From Pachysolen tannophilus NRRL Y-2460 (taxonomy: Eukaryota), in assembly GCA_001661245.1 (NCBI GenBank), contig KV454016.1:668648-732647 (forward strand): DNA of 64,000 nucleotides. Direction: 5' to 3'. Under the pieces are notes generated by a model, which was given only the letters and a program-made list of their open reading frames with translations, was not told the origin of the DNA and did no database searches. The number at the start of each line of letters is the position of its first letter. Position 1 is the first letter of the stretch. This document shows, in pieces, positions 58,123 to 64,000 of the stretch. A program made the translations under genes and the position numbers.

Positions 58123-59925
58123 TTAAGATAGAGATATTCTTTTTTTCCTTTTATACGAGTCAGTGTCTTTTTTGTAATCTTCATCTTCATCTTCTTCTTC
58201 ACTACCGCTCCCACTTTCTTCTTCCAATCTATCACTAGGCCGAGAATTGTTTTTGTTAAAACATTCTGGATCAATATAAACCACGTCTTTACAAAGTATG
58301 GTTATTGTTTTAAAAAATTTTCTCCACTCCAAAGGATCTCCTTTAGTTTTTAAAAATTCAATTTTCCTTAACTCTAAATTGGACAGGACTTTAGATATTT
58401 TAATATTTCCGTTTAATGGTAATTTTTTCCTATCCAAAGTAGTTAAAGTGATATATATAGAATTATTGTTATTTTCTTCTCGGTTTTTAATATTCTTCAA
58501 TAATTGTTGTTCATTATTAGCATTTGTCTTTGCTCCCACTCTATGTAATGAATCAAATAAAGATGATAATAATGATTCTAATGGTAATATAGAAAAAAAT
58601 TTAGTTAACCTATCACCAAATATTGAAATATTTCCCAGATCGAGATGTAAATTTTGATAAAAATCTTTGATTGCATTATTTCTATCTTTATTTATGAATT
58701 GTAATATTGATGGATCTTTTGAAACTAATTGTAACATTTGTCCATCTTTATCATTAGATTCATATAATAATTTTCTTCTTTTTTTAGAATGTTCACTATA
58801 AACTTCTTGAGTTGCTGAAAAAAATTCTTGTGTATGATCATTATCATCATCATCTATTAGACAAGCCATATCATTTACAGGTTGAGAATTTGAAAATTTA
58901 GCCAACGATTGTTGTGAATCACTGTTATTAATAGTATTGAAAACCAGTTCATCATTAGAAGCATCATCAGAAAGACCAATATGTAAATTACTTAAAAGTC
59001 TTGTTGTTAATAGAGTAGTATTAGAACATAAGGTTGAATCACCACTGCTAAATATATTACTTTGATTTACCCATAAATGTTTCCTAATATTTTCCAACAG
59101 TATTCTTTTTAAAGGTTCAGGTTTTAAGATTGATCTCAACAATGATAATATTGAAGGTTCAAATTTATTCCAAGGAGGATCAAATATTTTCCCATCATTT
59201 TGTAAAAAATTTTTAAAATCTGGGTCTTGTAAAGTTGGTTCTTCCCAAGGTGTTTGACCTGTTAAAAGCACATATAGAACTATACCACAAGACCATATAT
59301 CAGCTATAGCTGGGTTATAACCTTTCAATTGAGCCACTTCTGGTGCCATATATGGAGGTGAACCACAAGGTGTCATACAATTTCTCTTTGTACCATCTTT
59401 TTTTTGATAAACTGCTGCAAGTCCAAAATCGGTTAATTTTAAATTCCCATTTTTATCCAATAATATATTTTCAGGTTTAATATCTCTATGAGCAACACCT
59501 TTTGAATGAATAAATTCAACCGATGAAATCAACTGTTTGAAATAAAAATGAGCAATTTCTTCATCAACTCCATAATCAGGTTCGATCTTATCAAAAAGAT
59601 CTCCTCCAACAGCTAATTCCATAGCAATATATAACCAATTAGAATCAGAACCAAAATCCATCACCTTAATGATATTTGGATGAGCACAACAATTCTTATG
59701 TAGCAAAACCTCTTGTCCAATTTGCTGTTGTGTTAACCCACTCCTCTTCGAAGCCTTAACATTAATCAATTTTACTGCAAAACGTTGATACGGCTTGGAA
59801 ATTACATATGCAACTTTAACCAAAGCAAAAGATCCTTGACCTATAGTTCTCTCATACAATACATTTTTGATCTTGGGAAGAGGATCTAGCTGAGATAACC
59901 GGAAAGTCTGATTCTGATTAGACAT
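58123..59925 (-). CDS. CHK1: Checkpoint kinase Chk1
   Basis: GGDLFDKIEPD, HRDIKPEN, DFG, CGSPPYMAPE, LTKFFS and KGDPLEWRKFFK C-terminal motifs; ATG at 59925. Confidence 0.95.
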   Translation of the reverse strand: MSNQNQTFRLSQLDPLPKIKNVLYERTIGQGSFALVKVAYVISKPYQRFAVKLINVKASKRSGLTQQQIGQEVLLHKNCCAHPNIIKVMDFGSDSNWLYIAMELAVGGDLFDKIEPDYGVDEEIAHFYFKQLISSVEFIHSKGVAHRDIKPENILLDKNGNLKLTDFGLAAVYQKKDGTKRNCMTPCGSPPYMAPEVAQLKGYNPAIADIWSCGIVLYVLLTGQTPWEEPTLQDPDFKNFLQNDGKIFDPPWNKFEPSILSLLRSILKPEPLKRILLENIRKHLWVNQSNIFSSGDSTLCSNTTLLTTRLLSNLHIGLSDDASNDELVFNTINNSDSQQSLAKFSNSQPVNDMACLIDDDDNDHTQEFFSATQEVYSEHSKKRRKLLYESNDKDGQMLQLVSKDPSILQFINKDRNNAIKDFYQNLHLDLGNISIFGDRLTKFFSILPLESLLSSLFDSLHRVGAKTNANNEQQLLKNIKNREENNNNSIYITLTTLDRKKLPLNGNIKISKVLSNLELRKIEFLKTKGDPLEWRKFFKTITILCKDVVYIDPECFNKNNSRPSDRLEEESGSGSEEEDEDEDYKKDTDSYKRKKRISLS

Positions 59926-60318
59926 TTTCTCTACTCTCACTCCCCCTTTCAAGACAAAAACCCAACCTAAGCCTAAAACAACTAAACAACTAATAATACA
60001 AACAAACTTCAATCATCATTCTCTATTTTATTATATCTTTAAAATGTGAAAAGTAAACAGATCCTAAATCGATTTCCTTTTTAGGAAGTTAAAATCCAAA
60101 AAAGGAAAAACCTCAAATTCCGAGTTCCTAAAAGGGTAAAAACGGTAAAAATGTCAATTTTGGGAAATATTATTACCAAAATAGGAAGCATCGGCGGCTA
60201 ATTATTTTTTTTTTTATTTAAAAACAAAAAAAGAGAAGAATTTGAGATTTTGTTTGGTGAAGTTAAAAAGCTTCGATATTGTAAATTAAAAGAATCAATT
60301 TTTTCGATTGGTAAGGCT

Positions 60319-61935
60319 ATGATGGATGAGACATTTGAAGGGGACGATAGCTCTGATAGTGGGCTATCGGTTTTTTTCCGAGATAAGCAATCGATTGGTG
60401 GGGTGAGGTTGGATAATCCGAATTTAAGAATATTAGATGAAGATGCAGTTAATAAACTGTACAATTCGAGACATAGCATTGGAAGTGCCGAGAGCCGATC
60501 AGATACAACGGATATAGTTAGAGAATCTAGTTTTAGGTATGAGAAGCTGAAACCAAGTTCAAATGCAAATTTCCATCGCAGGTCTTCTGTTCAAGATTTA
60601 AAGTCTAAATTTAGTACTAAGATAAAGAGAAAGAATAGATTCTCTAGTTTTGGAGCGCCTTCACCTTCATCTTCGTCATCAGCAGCAACAGCAACAGCGG
60701 CAACTGCCGCGGCAGTGGCGAATCGGTCTGATCATGACAATAATGGGAATGATGTCTCTGGTACTTCTGGTGGTACTTTTGGTGGTAGCGAGATGTATCC
60801 GATATATACTGTGCCAACAAACACTACGATGGAAACTTCAAATATGTTTTCTCCAGCAAGTTCAAATTCAAATTCAAATACAGTACATACAATTGATAGC
60901 GGTAAATTATCAAACAATTTAAGAAATCAAAATTTTTGGAAATATCATATCATTTCAATAGGTAAAAATAAAATGTATCTTACAACAAATCCAGATATTA
61001 AACATTTATATTGTAGAAATGGTCCTGGATATTTCATTGACTTATTAATACCAAAAAGTGATGAGAAGGATAAAAAACTCAAACAATCAGAAATTGGTTA
61101 TCGATTGGTTTTCAAGATTGACGATAATAAAGAAGAAGAACCTAAAAGTTGTATAATAGTAACAAAAGAGCCAAATTCCAAAAATTCAAATGGAGATTTT
61201 AAAATATCATATGTATCATTACTAGATATTGATGTCTCTGGAAAATTACAAACAAATAAAAATAATCCAAAATCTTTAAATAACACAGCAAGAGAAGTAG
61301 ATATTCCTGAATTAATGGCATTAGCAAAGAAAGATCTGGAAAATTTGGAATTAAGACAACTTATACCAAATTTTCATAGATATCAAGTAATTAATGATAA
61401 TAATCAATATTTAATAGGTTCTAAACCTGATATTAAACAAAAAAATTCAAATAAATTAAAAATCTCAAATCATGTTTATAAATTAACAAATAAACAAAAC
61501 GTTTATTTCTATAAAGATAAAGATTTACTGGTTAAAAAATTATCTTTAAGAAATCATCAACAACAAGATATAGATATAATAGGATTATTTAGACCACATG
61601 AAACAAGATTGAAAAAAAAATTGATCAAAACGATAAATGCAACTTCAAACACTTTAAGTTCAAATGACGTGGAATTGGATATCACAGGTGAAGCAAGTTC
61701 AGATCCTTATTCACTGAATTCAACATCTTATTATAAATCAGGAGACGGATTCTTTATTCAAAATCCAAAAGATGATTCTCCTAATGATACAAAAATTGGT
61801 TGGATAACCATATACGAAGATCACGATCAAATCTTCAAAGACGGTTTATGGGAATTGGTATTGGGCTACACTTTTGCTATTGGTTTCGAAAGAATAATTG
61901 ATGATTATTTGAAAACAGATTTATATAATTTCTAG
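60319..61935 (+). CDS. Hypothetical protein
   Basis: Long ORF with a low-complexity N-terminus and a globular-looking C-terminal part (YLTTNPDIKH, GWITIYED). Confidence 0.7.
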   Translation: MMDETFEGDDSSDSGLSVFFRDKQSIGGVRLDNPNLRILDEDAVNKLYNSRHSIGSAESRSDTTDIVRESSFRYEKLKPSSNANFHRRSSVQDLKSKFSTKIKRKNRFSSFGAPSPSSSSSAATATAATAAAVANRSDHDNNGNDVSGTSGGTFGGSEMYPIYTVPTNTTMETSNMFSPASSNSNSNTVHTIDSGKLSNNLRNQNFWKYHIISIGKNKMYLTTNPDIKHLYCRNGPGYFIDLLIPKSDEKDKKLKQSEIGYRLVFKIDDNKEEEPKSCIIVTKEPNSKNSNGDFKISYVSLLDIDVSGKLQTNKNNPKSLNNTAREVDIPELMALAKKDLENLELRQLIPNFHRYQVINDNNQYLIGSKPDIKQKNSNKLKISNHVYKLTNKQNVYFYKDKDLLVKKLSLRNHQQQDIDIIGLFRPHETRLKKKLIKTINATSNTLSSNDVELDITGEASSDPYSLNSTSYYKSGDGFFIQNPKDDSPNDTKIGWITIYEDHDQIFKDGLWELVLGYTFAIGFERIIDDYLKTDLYNF

Positions 61936-62069
61936 TTTTGTAAACTACGAAAAAAATAATAATAATAATAATAGTAAAAGTAGTTGAAAAACCGTTATTT
62001 AAATACATTTTGTAGCGTTCATCTTTTATTTTAATTTTATCTTATCTTATTTTAATTGATAAGATAGCG

Positions 62070-64000
62070 ATGGCAGTATGGGAACAGCTATCTGTCGATA
62101 AAGCACATGTAGCTTATGCTATTATTGGATTTTTCGCAACTTTATTTGCAATTGTATCATTATTTTTAAAAGAGAAGTTATTCATTGGTGAACTGACTGT
62201 TTCCACTGTTGTAGGCATTATTACAGGTCCCAAAGTATTGAATTGGTTTTCACCTAGTTCATGGACAAGTAATTCTAAATATTTGACTCAAGAGGTTTCG
62301 AGGATTATATTAATTATTCAGCTTTTTGCTGTTAGTGTTGAATTACCAAAGAAATATTTAAAGCATCATTTTAGATCTGTTGCTTTATGTTTATTTTTCG
62401 CCATGACATTTGGTTGGTTAATTACAGCGTTATTTATCTTTATTATATTCAATAAGAATTTGAATTTTAATGATGCGTTGTTGATAAGTGCTTGTATTAC
62501 GGCAACTGATCCTGTATTAGCTGCCGCTATAGTTGGTAAGGGAAAATTTGGTCAAAGAATACCTGCTCATATTAGAAATTTGTTATCTGCCGAAAGTGGT
62601 GCTAATGATGGGATGGCATTTCCCTTTGTATTATTATCAACAAACTTGGTTGTAAGATATGGTCATCCAGGAGAAATTATAAAAGATTGGATTTGTGTTA
62701 GCATATTGTATGAAGTTGTCTTTGGTATATTATTGGGATGTATTATTGGAATTGTTGGTAGAAAATTAATCAAATTTTGTGAAAAGAAAAATTTAATTGA
62801 TAGAGAATCTTTTCTTTGTTTTTATATCTTACTTTCGCTTATGTGTACAGGTTTTGGATCAATTTTAGGAGTTGATGATTTATTGGTTTCTTTTGCTGCT
62901 GGAACAGCATTTGCATGGGATGGTTGGTTTCAAAGACAAACTGAAGAAAGTAATTTATCAAATATCATTGATATCTTGTTAAACATGGTTTATTTTCTTT
63001 ATTTTGGTTCAATAGTTCCTTGGGATTATTTCAATGATGCTAGTTTAAATTTGGAGATTTGGAGATTGATATTATTAGGAATTGTAGTTATATTTTTAAG
63101 AAGAATTCCTATTTTTCTTATGTTAAAACCATTTACTCCTGATTTAAGAACATGGAAAGAAGCCTTTTTTTGTGGTCATTTTGGTCCTATTGGAGTAGGT
63201 GCAGTATTTTGTTCAATGGTTGCTACTAGTTCTGTTGAAAAAATATACTTGAAAACCCAAACAATACTTCCGGTAGGTTCAATTGATAATGATGTTTCTT
63301 CTACTATTCCTCATTCTTATTTATTAACAGTTCTTTGGCCAATTGTTTCATTTTTAGTTATGACTTCTATTATTATTCATGGGAGTTCAGTGACAGCTAT
63401 GGTCTTATGCAGTAATGTTAAAAAGATGAATTTTACTATCAGAAACCCTCAAGAAAGTAGTTCTTCTTCAGAAGATGAAGAAGAAAGTGAAAGACAAGTA
63501 TCTGTACCAAATCAAGAAACCCACGGTGAACGTAAAGATCATAATAATAAATTGACCAAAAGGATTAATAATAATACAATGCATTTAACAAGTTTTGCTT
63601 CCAGTTCTAAAAATGACCTGAAACCCAGTGAAGAGATTGAATTAGAAGCTATTCCAATCACTTATGACGAAAATGGGAAAATTAGGAAACCTGAAGTGGT
63701 ATTCATTCAAGGAAACCACTCCATAGTTGAAGACAATAACGGTGAAGTTATAGATGAGTTTATTTATAATCACCACCATAATAACCAACAAGATCAGAGG
63801 AATCATGATTATGATGATGATTCTCCAACTTTTAGGCAAAAGATTTACAAATTTTTCACTAGAACTGATAGCTTTCCTAATTATAATATCAATATTGATG
63901 AAAAAAATAAAAAACAAAACCCTTCATTATCTTTCGATAAACAGACTTTAAACGTATATCAAGTTAACAATGAAATCTATATAGAAAATGACGACGGTAA
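62070..64000 (+). CDS. NHA1: Plasma membrane Na+(K+)/H+ antiporter, 3' truncated by the window edge and absent from the ORF track
   Basis: MAVWEQL start, KEKLFIGE, ITATDPVLA, LSAESGANDG, GVDDLL, GHFGPIGVGA; no stop seen before the window end. Confidence 0.93.
   Translation, partial: MAVWEQLSVDKAHVAYAIIGFFATLFAIVSLFLKEKLFIGELTVSTVVGIITGPKVLNWFSPSSWTSNSKYLTQEVSRIILIIQLFAVSVELPKKYLKHHFRSVALCLFFAMTFGWLITALFIFIIFNKNLNFNDALLISACITATDPVLAAAIVGKGKFGQRIPAHIRNLLSAESGANDGMAFPFVLLSTNLVVRYGHPGEIIKDWICVSILYEVVFGILLGCIIGIVGRKLIKFCEKKNLIDRESFLCFYILLSLMCTGFGSILGVDDLLVSFAAGTAFAWDGWFQRQTEESNLSNIIDILLNMVYFLYFGSIVPWDYFNDASLNLEIWRLILLGIVVIFLRRIPIFLMLKPFTPDLRTWKEAFFCGHFGPIGVGAVFCSMVATSSVEKIYLKTQTILPVGSIDNDVSSTIPHSYLLTVLWPIVSFLVMTSIIIHGSSVTAMVLCSNVKKMNFTIRNPQESSSSSEDEEESERQVSVPNQETHGERKDHNNKLTKRINNNTMHLTSFASSSKNDLKPSEEIELEAIPITYDENGKIRKPEVVFIQGNHSIVEDNNGEVIDEFIYNHHHNNQQDQRNHDYDDDSPTFRQKIYKFFTRTDSFPNYNINIDEKNKKQNPSLSFDKQTLNVYQVNNEIYIENDDG

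Noticed and set aside
59926..60012. Hydrophobic N-terminal extension on CHK1 suggesting a membrane-anchored kinase
   Set aside because: Depends on a TTG start; ATG 59925 gives a normal Chk1 N-terminus

Overview
This is a gene-dense, very AT-rich budding-yeast (Saccharomycotina) chromosomal segment with four N gaps and signs of homopolymer sequencing error. It holds about 30 protein-coding genes. They include ZWF1, NAR1, a CFEM protein, a perilipin-like gene, PEP8/VPS26, ULS1, SEC72, HRI1, ERV14, a lipase, NGR1, MET8, FUB1/PI31, RPN2, UTP7, URA9, GET2, SEC28, an RCI37-like gene, THS1, AIR1/2, SKG6/TOS2, IMP3, two tandem yapsins, SAN1, CHK1 and a partial NHA1. There is also a U5 snRNA gene, and I could reconstruct six spliceosomal introns by eye. 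Main observations: (1) in-frame CTG codons mostly fall where homologs have Ala or Ser, which points to a reassigned genetic code, most likely CUG=Ala as in Pachysolen/Nakazawaea (inference); (2) an unannotated three-exon gene encodes a very divergent eIF4E-fold domain lacking the cap-binding residues; (3) SEC72 and HRI1 form a head-to-head pair; (4) GC-rich palindromes sharing an ATGCGC core occur in two intergenic regions. All homolog comparisons are from memory of the families and no searches were run.
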